64,000 bases of DNA from Haliotis rufescens (GCF_023055435.1 NW_025964361.1:31558001-31622000); one strand, 5' to 3'; counted from the stretch's first letter, positions 50,880 through 62,698 are shown. The notes: generated from the letters alone by a model not told the origin. Made by a program: numbers and translations.

Positions 50880-51290
50880 GGAGTACATTCGCCTTGTTCC
50901 ATTTGGAATCAGCACAGCCTGATCTGCACGGGAAGGTAATTGTATCCTCGAGGGGGAACGGAAATATAACGTCGGTCATTCAAGGAATGGTTTTATATAA
51001 ATTCAAAGTACCGCGGTAGGACATGTGAGAGACAAAGTCATATTTCTATAATGTGTAACATACATATGTATCCGACGTCAATGCCCACGGGGAATATTCA
51101 TACTGGTGTATTCTGAAAGGTCTGCGACAAGTATGATGGCGGACGCCCTTCTCTATTCGACTCTGGATGAATTTGATATGTTGTGGCGACATTTTACTTT
51201 CTTAATAAATCATTCCCTTCCATTACTTTATTGGAGCGACATTTTCTTGGAATGTGCAGTCTTTAGGATTGCCACGTTGTTTCTTGTTGC
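50880..51290 (-). pseudogene. Decayed F-type lectin domain exon
   Basis: NNVAILKTA..SNKVMEGN..YEYSPW-IDVG..LHIIEI..TITFPC. Confidence 0.55.
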
Positions 51291-51735
51291 GGAATTCCAT
51301 GTTCATAGTTGCGTCCCTCAGCTGTGCTAGACTCCTATGATCGTTGGATGGAATTCTCGATTCACGCTCATTGTGCTTCTTGGTTTCTCAGCAACATACC
51401 TGTGCTTTGTCCAGTTAACGCCTAGACCTGCACCGCTCCGCGTGTTTTTCCCTCATTTAACTGGCACACCCTGCTGCAGTACTGTATAAGTCGACATTAA
51501 ACCCAACACCTTTACTCACTGCACTACACAAGTGTGTGGTCACCAATGCACCATATTGTCAGTACTGCATGCACCAGTGCTTTATTGGTACTGTATCAGT
51601 TTCCACGTCTCTCTATTGCTAATGTTGCATCATTCCGGTCACTACTGCACTATTATTACACCACTATTCAGTATCTCACCAGTATTGCATCGGTACTGGC
51701 AGTATTGGAACAGTCTGTCCAGTATAAAGTCAAAA

Positions 51736-51908
51736 TGTCAACACCAAAGAACAATCAGTCCCTTGTCGAAACAGGTTCCATTGGGCGTAAATGGTAACAT
51801 GGTGATGAGAATTAATTCAATGTTTCACTGAAATCAGTGATGACACCAGGTGTTAACGAAAACGGTAGGCATGTCCTGCTCTACCGGTAGCACCCGCCAC
51901 TCACACAA
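51736..51908 (-). mobile_element. Penelope-like element 3' module, type A
   Basis: cactgaaatcagtgatgacaccaggtg..ggtaggcatgtcctgctctaccggtagcacccgccac. Confidence 0.7.
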
Positions 51909-51950
51909 TGTCCATGACCCAAGTTAAGTTTTTAAGTATTTTTATGAAGA

Positions 51951-52281
51951 AAGGTGAAATGGGGTTTGACGTAGCGTTCAAGATTATTGCACTTGTAACG
52001 ACTTGAATCCACATGTGAGTGGCTGCTTGAACTAGTCCGGAGAAATGCCGGTTTTATGATGATTGCACTGAGAAACCATACCGCAGTTTAACATGGATAC
52101 CCCATTCAGACAAAGTATACTAACTCGAGCCGTCTAGTCCGTGTTTTATCCCCGCACGCCAGGCAGGGTAACAACAAGTACCATATTTTAAAGTCTTATG
52201 GTATGACGCGGTCTGGGGATCGCACCACTGATCTTCCGCTCTTCAATCAGACCTCCTACCCACTTCGCCTGGGAGACGGTA
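51951..52281 (-). mobile_element. SINE family 1, diverged copy
   Basis: aggtgaaatggggttt..cagggtaacaacaagtacca..ggtatgacgcggtc. Confidence 0.85.
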
Positions 52282-52869
52282 GTATTTTTATGACACATAT
52301 TGATACACCGACAGATCACTTAACAAACTATCTCCTGGTATTCAGACAACGTTTGCGATTTTGAGATTGACTGTTGAGTTGTATCTTTCTCAGATCAGTA
52401 AGCCCTCCAATCCTGGGGTTTAGACTCTAATTCTCCAATATTCCAAATAGCTCAAGCGGGAACAGTAAATTTTACACTATTGCTTTTATCTGAATCGACA
52501 TTGATCAAACTTAAAGAAACCAAAAGCGCCCAATATGTTCCACATTGAAGAGGAAGACTATTTATTGCCAAAAACTTTAAAACACCGAAACAACACCCTT
52601 GAGAAACAAACTGATTCACACAAAATTAAGAATATTTTATCTCTGTATAAAAATGTCATCTATTTGTTCTTTTGTACGGTTGAATTCCCATTAGGATGAA
52701 GACGTTGTGGGGGATGCTGTAGAGCGATTCCAGCAGTAATTTAGAAGTGCTTCTCTAGAATTGTTCATTCAATTGCAATTTCGACGTTGCGGTTGCAATG
52801 ATTGAAAGAAATTAGGATTAAGAGGATAAAAGAGGATAAAAGAGAATAAATTTCGTGAAATAAAAGCAA

Positions 52870-53235
52870 GACATTTACAGCCAATTTCAATTTATAAAAC
52901 CGGAAAATGTTGGAGTTTGTAAATTATCAGACGAAAGGTTAATTATCAATGAAAAAAACATTTCTGTCATTGAAATTGAAGTAAACCAGTTTGCTGTAAA
53001 GGTTTTGGAAAATAGGAATGTATTCCAGCGTTCTAACGGCACTGTGAGTGTTAAAGGTGCAAGATCAGTATCGCACTGTTCACATAATATTTCTCTCACT
53101 ATTTTCCATATTTTTCCTGTATCCCACTCTCCATCACCGACGTAAGTTACCAATAGTTACGACACCCTTTGGCAGCAGCATCCCTTCATGTTCAGTGGAG
53201 TTTATCAAGTATGCTGAGGTTTCTTTACCTATAAG
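52870..53235 (-). pseudogene. Possible decayed F-type lectin remnant
   Basis: GKETS..PKGV..IWKI..IEIGC; weak. Confidence 0.2.
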
Positions 53236-53422
53236 CAGTAGAAAATAATTCTAAATTTACATACCGTTTTTACTTTCACAAAATCAGTAAATGCGCTTTC
53301 GTGTCACTTGATTTTCTGGTCCATCGCTTGATTGTCTGGTTTGTTTACAGGCAGCCGTCATCTGGCTGGAGTACTCCCATGCGGCTTCAGGCAACAAACA
53401 AACATTTACTTTTTTATGCAAA

Positions 53423-53586
53423 TTGTGTGAGTGGCGGGTGCTACCGGTAGGGCAGGACATGCTTACCCATTTCACGATTATCTGAGGTCATCGCTGATTT
53501 TTAGTGCTCCATTCATATTATCGCTGTTTTGCCTTTTATGCCAAATGAATAATCGAGACAGGTTATATTATTTTCTGGCGTTGAGG
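53423..53586 (+). mobile_element. Penelope-like element 3' module, type A
   Basis: gtggcgggtgctaccggtagggcaggacatgcttaccc..ttctggcgttga. Confidence 0.7.
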
Positions 53587-53624
53587 TTTCATATTTCCAT
53601 ACCCAGTGTGGATTTCTGGTTAGA

Positions 53625-53793
53625 GGGGTGATGGGGTAGCCTAGTGGTTAAAGCGTTCGCTCGTCACGCCGAAGACCCGGTTCGAATCCCGACATGGGTA
53701 CAATGTGTGAAGCCCATTTCTGGTGTCCCCCGCCGTGATATTGCTGGAATATTTCTTAAAGTGGCGTAAAACCAAAACTCACTCACTCACTCA
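53625..53793 (+). mobile_element. Full-length tRNA-derived SINE family 2
   Basis: A box tagcctagtgg, B box ggttcgaatcc, (ACTC)n tail, TSD atttctggttaga on both sides. Confidence 0.95.
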
Positions 53794-53969
53794 TTTCTGG
53801 TTAGAAATGGTCCCGAGCACTATAACCGTCTTATGGGTTTTCGGATGCTTAAGACACATTCGTAATTTTCTCGTTAATCATAAGAACAATTGTAAAACAT
53901 CTCACTCACTTATAAAAGACGACTTTATCTTAAAAACAGGCCATCATCTGAGTATTTACAGTGTATGTG

Positions 53970-54135
53970 TGGGTGCGGTCGGGTAGCCTAGTGGTTAAAG
54001 CGTTCGCTCGTCACGCCGAAGACCCGGGTTGGATTCCCGACATGGGTACAATGTGTGAAGCCCATTTCTGGTGTCCCCCGCCGTGATATTGCTGGAATAT
54101 TGCTAAAAGCGGTGTAAAACCATACTCACTCACTC
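53970..54135 (+). mobile_element. Full-length tRNA-derived SINE family 2
   Basis: Same consensus; TSD cagtgtatgtgtgg on both sides. Confidence 0.95.
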
Positions 54136-54199
54136 AGTGTATGTGTGGCGTCACTCCCCTTGTTGTAATCGTGATAAACATGGCCGTCCGACAACATAT

Positions 54200-54400
54200 G
54201 ATGTCCGAAAACCTATGATCCGACGATATATGCTTGTCGTAAGAGGCGACTAAATGAATCAGATGGCCAGACTCGGTGACTTTGATGATTGTGAGTCATC
54301 TGACCCATGTGGCGTGTATCGTTCCTCATAATATCAATCACTAGTTTATGTGGCCTAGATTCCATTCTTTACTGGACGACGTCACATAGCTAGAATATAC
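54200..54400 (+). mobile_element. SINE-like repeat family 3, diverged
   Basis: atgcttgtcgtaagaggcgactaa..gtcacatagctagaatat. Confidence 0.7.
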
Positions 54401-54779
54401 AACAAAGCAATGTCAGTGCAAGGTGCTGGAAGTAACACCTTCTCGAACCTTCGAATTCTGCGATTACAGCAATGTGGCCTATTCCGTTCATGTAATTTTG
54501 GCCGATAGTTCTGGATTTGGTTTAACGCCCGACCTCTTTTCCAAGTGTAGGTACAGAATGGAATATGATACGTTTACCCACATCAAAGAGAGCACATTTA
54601 GCCATGAAGTTTAGCTGTAGATTTGATCATTTCAATAATCTGATATCGTCCAATTATATTGTAGTTAGATAGCCAATTCCCTCTCACTGATTCACCCACC
54701 CGTGCTAGAAATAAAGGAACCAAGCGAAAGCTCCTCATTTGTTTCATACTAAGATACATGCGTAAAGATTTAGTGACAA

Positions 54780-55122
54780 AAACAAATTCTCCACAAGACT
54801 TATGACAAGAGGGAGAAATTATCACCACGACTTATGACAAGAAGGAGGACTTTCCCTTTTTAGTCGAGCAATATTCCAGAAGCTCCGACCTTGGTATCAA
54901 ACATTTCACAACTCTTGACGTGCAATCGAGCATGCTCTTTCTGCGAACAAGGTGAACAATTGACTTGTCTTTGCATGTGCTATTAACGGGTGACACCGGT
55001 GGGACTGGATAACATCCCCTTTTTGCGAACACCTGCTATCATCACTATTTGATATTGATTCATATGAACGAGTTTTGATCTGGTCGGACGCTGCTTTTGG
55101 AAAGGGTTTCGTTGCTTTTATT
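54780..55122 (+). mobile_element. Penelope-like RT C-terminal remnant plus type B module
   Basis: tccacaagacttatgacaagagg (STRLYDKR-like, duplicated) followed by gggtgacaccggtggg..gcgaacacctg. Confidence 0.7.
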
Positions 55123-55384
55123 TAGATGAACACAGTCATTGCCATTTTCTATCTTGTACCTTACTCTGGATGTTAACGAGGACATGTAGGTGTTGTTCAT
55201 GGGCACAATGCATGATGCCTCCACCTTCATGTCCTCCACCCGTTGTAATTCATGGTCCCCAACAGCCTATGCTTGTCGTAAGAGGCGACTAAACTGATCA
55301 GGTGACATGCTCGGGGACATGGTTAATTGCGTACCGACGGCATGGGACACCAATCATTGTTTGTCTGCTGGGTGTTGACTTGTA

Positions 55385-55602
55385 CCATATGTCCCCATGT
55401 TTTTTTAGGTGAACAACTGACTTTGTGACGGTGCCATCGGTGGTGCAGAATACTCTCCCCTTTTCCCTAACAACTTGCATCATCACTGTCTGGAAGTGAT
55501 CCATACACACATACTTAAGTGTCAGTCGGAATGGTAGAATGGATCCCGATTTTGGCAGAGATTGCTTAGGATTATGGAAATAGTTGTTGACGCTTTTATT
55601 TT
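55385..55602 (+). mobile_element. Penelope-like element 3' module, type B
   Basis: ggtgaacaactgactttgtgacggtgccatcggtgg..agtcggaat. Confidence 0.6.
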
Positions 55603-56929
55603 CAGACCGCAGACATAACTGACTGGAATATTGGTGACTGCGCCGTTCAGCAACCACAAACACACTTGGTATCCCAAACTGTGGCATTCCTGGAAGCCTT
55701 GTAATTTACCACGCTTTGTCTCCAATGAATGTGTTTGAGTACCATGTTTCAAAATATCAAACAGTGAAACATAGAGTCCCTTCCAATCTGTGTGTTTCTA
55801 AGTAAGTTTTGATTGATTATTTTGTATAAATATAACATTATGACATCACTTATAAAAAGGAATATATGTTGATATCAAACATAGAATAAAAGAATATGAA
55901 AAGACGGATGAATAGAAACATAAACTGTAAAAACTGGATACAACAACGTTGTCATGATCAGCAAATGTTTGGAATAATAAATGGTTGTTGTGACCTCATC
56001 CTATTATTTTCAGTGTGTATTGAGTCCAGATAATAATACATCCTGATCGACAATCAGCATCTCAATGTCAAAATGTGTCCGACTATTTAAAAAAAACTGT
56101 TGCGTAGAACCTCGTCAAGGACTCGGTTCTTGAGCATGCTTCAAAGTTATGTTCAGCGTGTTCGAAAATAATATACTCGGTAAATAACAAAATAGCATTT
56201 TTGGTTGACTGAGTAAAGAGGATTACAAACAAAAATGTTATATTCATAATTTTGCGAATTTTCGGGGAAAACAGTAAAATGCCGGGCAAACGAAAGTATA
56301 CAGCCATGTTTTATGCCTGAAAAAGAAACAAAAAAGAAATGATCATTCTATGGTGGTGTATTTGATACAGGCATTATAGGCGATATTACGTGCATCATAT
56401 CAATGAGTACCTCACACCAGGTGACTTGCACATGAAAGCCTTCTGTTTCACTTTTCAGGCCAGCCGACTTCATCAGCGCAAAGGACTCTGCAGGGTTGCT
56501 GATCTTCTCAATACACTGCTCATAAAGTATGTATCAATACGACATGATGGAATTCTGTTATCACACATAACGCATGAAAACTGTCTTTTCCCCGGTTTAT
56601 AATTAAGAGATGAACACCATGTGTCAGATCAATGTATTCGCTGGAATCCTTCCGGGCGATGACGTCACAATGGACTACATCACATGCTAACTGAACTCGC
56701 CTGGTTAGCAGAATATAAAAATATCTAAATCAAGGTCGTCATGATAAATATTGATAAGACTTAATATCTAATTAATGTAGTATCCATTGCACCCAACTTC
56801 ACACACAATGTAAGTTCCGAAATATTTCTGAGATCTAGTCCTATTAACAACATATTTCAACCACAACGCCTCGGATTGCCGCACACCCTCATTCATTTAG
56901 AACTGAGTTTCACTCACTCACCAATCATA

Positions 56930-57465
56930 TTTGGAGATCATTTAACGGTCAGTGCGTCAACACAGTCGTCATCGTTTCGCCACTACGTATATCACGATGG
57001 ACCTAGCCATGCGGCGGAAACTCACCCTACATTCTCACACCCATACCGTCCGTCCCAACCTTAATCGTCTTCATTCAATTACCAAAAGCTCAAATCAGTT
57101 TACTCCGATCCGTCTAACTAAAGAGCACACGTCGGACAGAAGCTGGTAAAGTAATTTTCAATTTCGTCACCAGTAGGAAGATTAATTAGAAGATTGTGTA
57201 CACACTGTAACGGGATCTCTTAGAGTCCTGTCTAAACAAACTTGTTACTGCAACCCTGTAATCAATAATCGACCATCAACAGCCTCCTAAATATTATCTC
57301 CAATCAAACAAATCAGATGCAATTACTTCCCGAGAAATGCAATAAGTTAAGTGTAGATGTCATGATCGGCACACACGCCAGAAATCTATGGAAGCTGGAA
57401 GACGACAGAACCATTTCCTCTGGCGAATGGCTTTGTAATCAATTTGAATCCAAGATGATGGTAAG
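56930..57465 (+). pseudogene. Decayed F-type lectin domain exon
   Basis: HLTVSASTQSSSF..GPSHAAE..EHTSDRSW*; ends at a possible gtaag donor. Confidence 0.45.
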
Positions 57466-57679
57466 GTGACGTTGTTTTACTATAAAATACGTTTTCGTGT
57501 TACGTTATGTTACTGACGAGACCTAGAGAGAGAAATCTATTCGTATATATTTCAATAAAATGACATTCATGTCTGTCTCGCCTTTGCCTGAGGTGTCGCA
57601 ATGCGCCATTAAATGTGATTTTTACCTTCTCTAATGGCACTTTTACTGCTGGTTGCTTTGCTTATGACAAATCCTCCCG

Positions 57680-58150
57680 TAAGAACCTCACCGAACTGAC
57701 GCTATCCATAAGAGTTAAGTAGCATAGTCATTTGGAATGATGTATTACCATTTGCTGCAAGAACTATTGAAGGATTGTGGTATTATACAGATATGCACTT
57801 TCATTATATGAGTAATGAGGCGTACTCGCTTACATTCAGTGTATTTCAGAATAGGAATTCTTTCATCTTCATTTTTACAAGGATCGCGTCTAAGTCAGAA
57901 CTGGTGCAACCCAAACCACCGCAGTTATTCTGAAACACGATATTTCCATTATTGGACCGCGATTATTCCTTATTAACTTTTCATAGTATCAAAGCAAATG
58001 TAAAATCGATTTTCTTTGACCAGATCCTAAACCTTTGAACGGTTCACAACATCTTTCAAGGCATAAAGAGTTGTTTCCCTTTCACAGAAATCTTTAATAA
58101 CGAAACAATGAAACAATCTGTTCAATGTCGCCATAGAGACCGAACACTTT
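57680..58150 (+). pseudogene. Decayed F-type lectin domain remnant
   Basis: KNLT..LSSI..AARTIEG, resembling ASRAIDG. Confidence 0.35.
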
Positions 58151-58184
58151 AGTCGTGTATTCGCCAAAGCATTATTTTACCTCA

Positions 58185-59465
58185 TGTCCGAGGACATGCA
58201 ATGAATCCTCGATAGTCTGAGGACATGTAATGAGGCCCAGTTAGTCCGAGGACATGCAATGAATCCCCGTTAGTTCGAGGACATGCAATGGAACCCTGTT
58301 AGTCCGTGGACATGCAATGAAGCCCCGTTAGTCCGAGGATAGACAATGAAGCCCCGTTAGTCCGGGGACATGCAATGAAACCCTGTTAGTCCGTGGATAT
58401 GCAATGAAACCCTGTTAGTCCGAAGACATGCAATGAAACCTTGTTAGTCCGAGGACATGCAATGAATCCTCGTTAGTTCGAGGACATGCAATGGAACCCT
58501 GTTAGTCCGTGGATATGCAATGAAACCCTGTTAGTCCGAAGACATGCAATAAATCCCCGTTAGTCCGAGGACATGCAATGAATCCCCGTTAGTTCGAGGA
58601 CATGCAATGGAACCCTGTTAGTCCGAGGATAGATAATGAAGCCCCAATAGTCCGAGAACATGAAATGGAACCCTGTTAGTCTGAGGACATGCAATGAAGC
58701 CCCGTTAGTCCGTGGATATGCAATGAATCCCCGTTAGTCCGAGGATAGATAATGAAGCCCCGTTAGTCCGGGGACATGAATGGAACCCTGTTAGTCCGTG
58801 GACATGCAATGAAGCTCCGTTAGTCCGGGATCATGAAAGGAAACCCTGTTAATCCGCGAAAATGCATTGAAACCTTGTTAGTCCGAGGACATGCAATGAA
58901 TCCCCGGTAGTCCGAGGACATGCAATGAAGTCCCGTTATTCCGAAGACATGCAATGAAACCCCGTTAGTCCGAGGACATGCAATGAATCCCCGTTAGTCT
59001 GAGGGCATGCAATGAAGTCCCGTTATTCTGAGGACATGCAATGAAGCCCCGTTAGTTCGATGATAGACAATGAAACACCGTTAGCCCGAGGACATGCAAT
59101 GAAACCCAATTAGTCCGAGGATAGACAATGGAGCCCTGTTAGTGCGAGGACTTGCAATGAATCCCCGTTAGTCCGAGGACAATGTCATGCAATTAAACCC
59201 CTTTAGCCAGAAGATAGACAAGAAACCCCTTTAGCCCGAGGACATGCAATGAAACCCAATTAGTCCGAGTATAGACAATGATGCCTTGTTATTCCGAGGA
59301 CATGCAATGAAACCCCGTCAGTCCCAGGACATGCAATATAAAAACCCTTTAGTCGGAGGACATGCAATAAAACCCCTTTAGTCGGAGGACCTTCAATGAG
59401 ACCCCTTTAGTCGGGGGACCTTCAATGAGACCCCTCTAGTCCGTGGACATGCGGTGAAACCCAGT
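58185..59465. repeat. Minisatellite, 29-bp unit, ~44 copies
   Basis: Unit tagtccgaggacatgcaatgaa(t/a/g)ccccgt. Confidence 0.97.
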
Positions 59466-59629
59466 TAGAACAAAACCCCAGTTAGTTTGCCATTACTCCG
59501 TCCCCACAATCCGGATGTATTTCTTAACCAGGATTATTTCACTTGGAAAGGTAAAGTTCAGATTAAAACTCATAAGTCAATGTGTCGTCATTGATAGTAA
59601 GGCTCGTTAATACCACTTAAAGATAGTGC

Positions 59630-60120
59630 ATGTTTACACAAAACCTCATTCTTCAAACATCACAAAAGAAACGGTGACAGTGAATGTGTCGAACACAACA
59701 GGCGAGTAATGAATTAACCGGGAAGGGTGGGAGGGGTCACCTGTCTATCCACGCCTTCTTCCCCTTAAACGTTGTCGTTGTCGATGTTGTGTCGAACTGA
59801 TAAGCACCCACACACTTACACTAAGTGCTGCCTATATCAACTAATTGACGGATGACTCTTTGCATGATAATGACTCCCAGTCCCTATCCCTGCTATTAGT
59901 GATATTGACACCCTGTCAATCAACTGAAGCAGGACAGGCTCTACTGCCAGTTAGTGCATGTAAATGTGAAAACGCCACACCGTTTCCATTCCGGATGGTT
60001 TTTGCTTCATCGATTAATGTATCTGCAGATTAATCAATGTCGAGTTTCAATCAATGTTATTTACATGTAACTTGTCACATGTGTTTATCATTCTGCAGTG
60101 AGACGTTTCTCGCTGGTCCC
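59630..60120 (-). pseudogene. Decayed F-type lectin domain exon, among the best preserved
   Basis: RNVSLQ..ADTLIDE..AFSH..SVD*QGVNITNSRD..FFCDV. Confidence 0.6.
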
Positions 60121-60217
60121 TCTCCACGTCAACTACATTTCGGATACATGAACATAGCTTTGTGTGTCTAGTCTCTAGTCTCCACAAAGACTAGTCACAA
60201 AATCCCATAATCATAAT

Positions 60218-60312
60218 GAGTGAGTGAGTGAGTGAGTGAGCACTGTTTAACGCCGCTTTTAGCAATATTCCAGCAATATCACGTCGGGGGACACCAGAAA
60301 TGGGCTTCACAC
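60218..60312 (-). mobile_element. SINE family 2, 3' part, running into the gap
   Basis: (GAGT)n then tttaacgccgcttttagcaatattccagcaatatcacg..gggcttcacac. Confidence 0.9.
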
Positions 60313-60501
60313 NNNNNNNNNNNNNNNNNNNNNNNNNNNNNNNNNNNNNNNNNNNNNNNNNNNNNNNNNNNNNNNNNNNNNNNNNNNNNNNNNNNNNNNN
60401 NNNNNNNNNNNNNNNNNNNNNNNNNNNNNNNNNNNNNNNNNNNNNNNNNNNNNNNNNNNNNNNNNNNNNNNNNNNNNNNNNNNNNNNNNNNNNNNNNNNN
60501 N
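60313..60501. other. Assembly gap
   Basis: Run of N. Confidence 1.
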
Positions 60502-60739
60502 GTAACGCCCGATTCTTTCATATCACTACAGTTAAACTGTCGTGGTATATCAGATTAACTTTTGCAATATGAACGAGTCGAGTGGTCCTTAACTGTTTTA
60601 TTGGTATAATATCATAGAGACGGTGTTTTTATTCACTTTGTATGTTGTCATCAGTGCTATTTCCTTCATACGGTCAGAACTGTGTCACGATCTTAAACTT
60701 CATATTCCGTCAAGGTGGTACCATCAACCTGCTAATTAT

Positions 60740-61310
60740 AACAGCAATCACGCCACATCGACTTCTTCCTTTGGAAAACGTAACGATCATACATTAACAC
60801 CAAATCCAAAATAATGTCTTCTGTCCTAAGCGTTTGCTGTTCTCGGTTAACATGTTAAACGACCTTTTTCCACGTACCTAACTTATACTTTCAGATAAAG
60901 GGAGAATGTGAACGCAAACGGTATTGTTCAGAACACGTAACCTTCAAAATCCATCTAAAGTAAAACGGGGTAATGCCCCAATTTTCTCTCATGTTGAATT
61001 CTCGTTACTAAGAACTTCCAAGACGATGTAAGTAGTGTACCGAGTATTCTTATGGTTGTTCATCACGACCTCTCCTTAATATTGGTCCCTGTGGATCCCA
61101 GCACACACGCGCCTAATGATGGGTTGTTGTACTTACCAAACTGGATAGTTCTTCTGTCTATAGAAAGGCGCCTAAAACGCCTCTATGAGTAATCGCCGTC
61201 CAAATTAGTACTCGGTCACTATTGATGTTTAATTCCTTCATATTATTCTCCTCATTAATACACTACAAACATTAAGTTAGCTTGTCCTGTCGGAGATATG
61301 ACCTCAAGAT
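60740..61310 (-). pseudogene. Possible decayed F-type lectin remnant
   Basis: TGQANLMFVVY..LDG..VTC..VRYV..EVDV. Confidence 0.3.
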
Positions 61311-61679
61311 CCGCTAGTTGTCGATAGTTTACGCAATTATGAACAATAGAAAACCAACGTGAACAGTCAGCAAATCCTTGAATCATTTTAAATTTAGTGG
61401 CCGTTACCAAGATTTTACATAGAAGTGTTACACGGTTGAAAAATAACTGAAATAACACCGATCGGAAAACTTCTAGTTTTAAAAACAACCGCAGATTGAA
61501 ATAGTTTTATTATTAAATAGTATTTTCATTTCTATGTATTGCACTATCTAGATATGTTTCCCGTTTTCTATATACGAAATTGTAGAATCAATTCTAAACA
61601 ATAACAATTTATATTCGATATCTTGCACAAATAACATCATCTTAGGAACGATTGGACCTTTTGCACATAAACGATAACT

Positions 61680-62070
61680 TAATTACACTTCCCCTTCGAA
61701 GCCAATGATAACACAATTTCCCTTGGAGCCAATGCATAGAAGAGGTCTTCTTGTAGAACCTTTCGAAACCCTACGGGTGTGTCAAAGCATGAAATATCGC
61801 ATTTTACGACTGTCTGACTATGCAATCGTGCATCTCTACCACTGTGAAGCTGCACGTCACTCTCCCTCCCTGTGTCCGACACAAAAGATTTGATCACTGG
61901 CCACCTTTAGCATGTTCTGTTGCTTGTGATGCCAAATCAATAGCACCATGCTGCAGCGAGCGATGTTGGCGTTCGGCTATGACAGTGGTTCCCTTTAATA
62001 CTGGAGCACAATTGAAGAGATGGAGGCAGCTTCGGGATGAAGTTAGTGGGCGATATACCAAGAAGCACAA
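61680..62070 (-). pseudogene. Decayed F-type lectin domain exon
   Basis: GNHCHSRT..AAW-IDL..SFVSDT..DISCFDTPVGFRKV..YALAPREIV..SKGK. Confidence 0.55.
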
Positions 62071-62198
62071 TATGTTCTCATTTTATTATTGAACACATTA
62101 CTCAGAACGACTGATCTAGAAAGGCCGTGTATTCTGTTCATTGCACGTGAACTGCATTCAGTCTGTAAGATACGCCCTTGTTGATTTGTTGTCACATA

Positions 62199-62698
62199 CA
62201 GTTGACTGTGTAATCTGGCACTGCTCTAGACCGGGGGGAAATGTCGGATTAGGCAGACGCCGGATTAGATAGTTTCATGGCTGAATTCACCATCAGTCAT
62301 TCACTCAGTTAGTCCTTAATCCAGTATACCAATTAAGGAAATGATTAAGAATCCCCTTGTTACACCAAACATAACAGTTAATTGGTTTTAACCATTGTTA
62401 AGCGTTAATTGAGCGTTTATCAGGCTGTATACTAAATGCATGTTCTAATGCTCAAGTAAACACCATCACTTAAGAGGGCAAACACAATACAACAACAATT
62501 AGGTGTATATTGAAGTTGTTCTAGTGTTGATGTATTACACAAAGTGGATTTTCTCATGGAACCACAAAACATTGTCGAATTTGGAGTAGACAGGTGCCGG
62601 ATTACACAGAATGTTTTTATATGATAATATAAGGGCTGTTCTGGGACACAAACTGTTTGTCGGATTAGACAGAATGTCGGACTATACAGGGTCCACTG
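62199..62698. mobile_element. Tc1/mariner-type MITE
   Basis: TA-cagt(t/g)gac..gtccactg-TA ends with subterminal cggattag/cggattac repeats. Confidence 0.7.

Noticed and set aside
53100-53153. YVGDGEWD resembling HAD-hydrolase motif IV
   Set aside because: No other HAD motifs, stops immediately upstream, and no clear splice sites.
2520-59465. CRISPR-like interpretation of the 29, 32, 50 and 52 bp arrays
   Set aside because: Units are head to tail with no unique spacers, there are no cas genes, and the context is eukaryotic.
1573-62070. Dscam-like mutually exclusive exon array as a functional diversity system
   Set aside because: The candidate exons carry stops, frameshifts or transposon insertions, and they lie on both strands.
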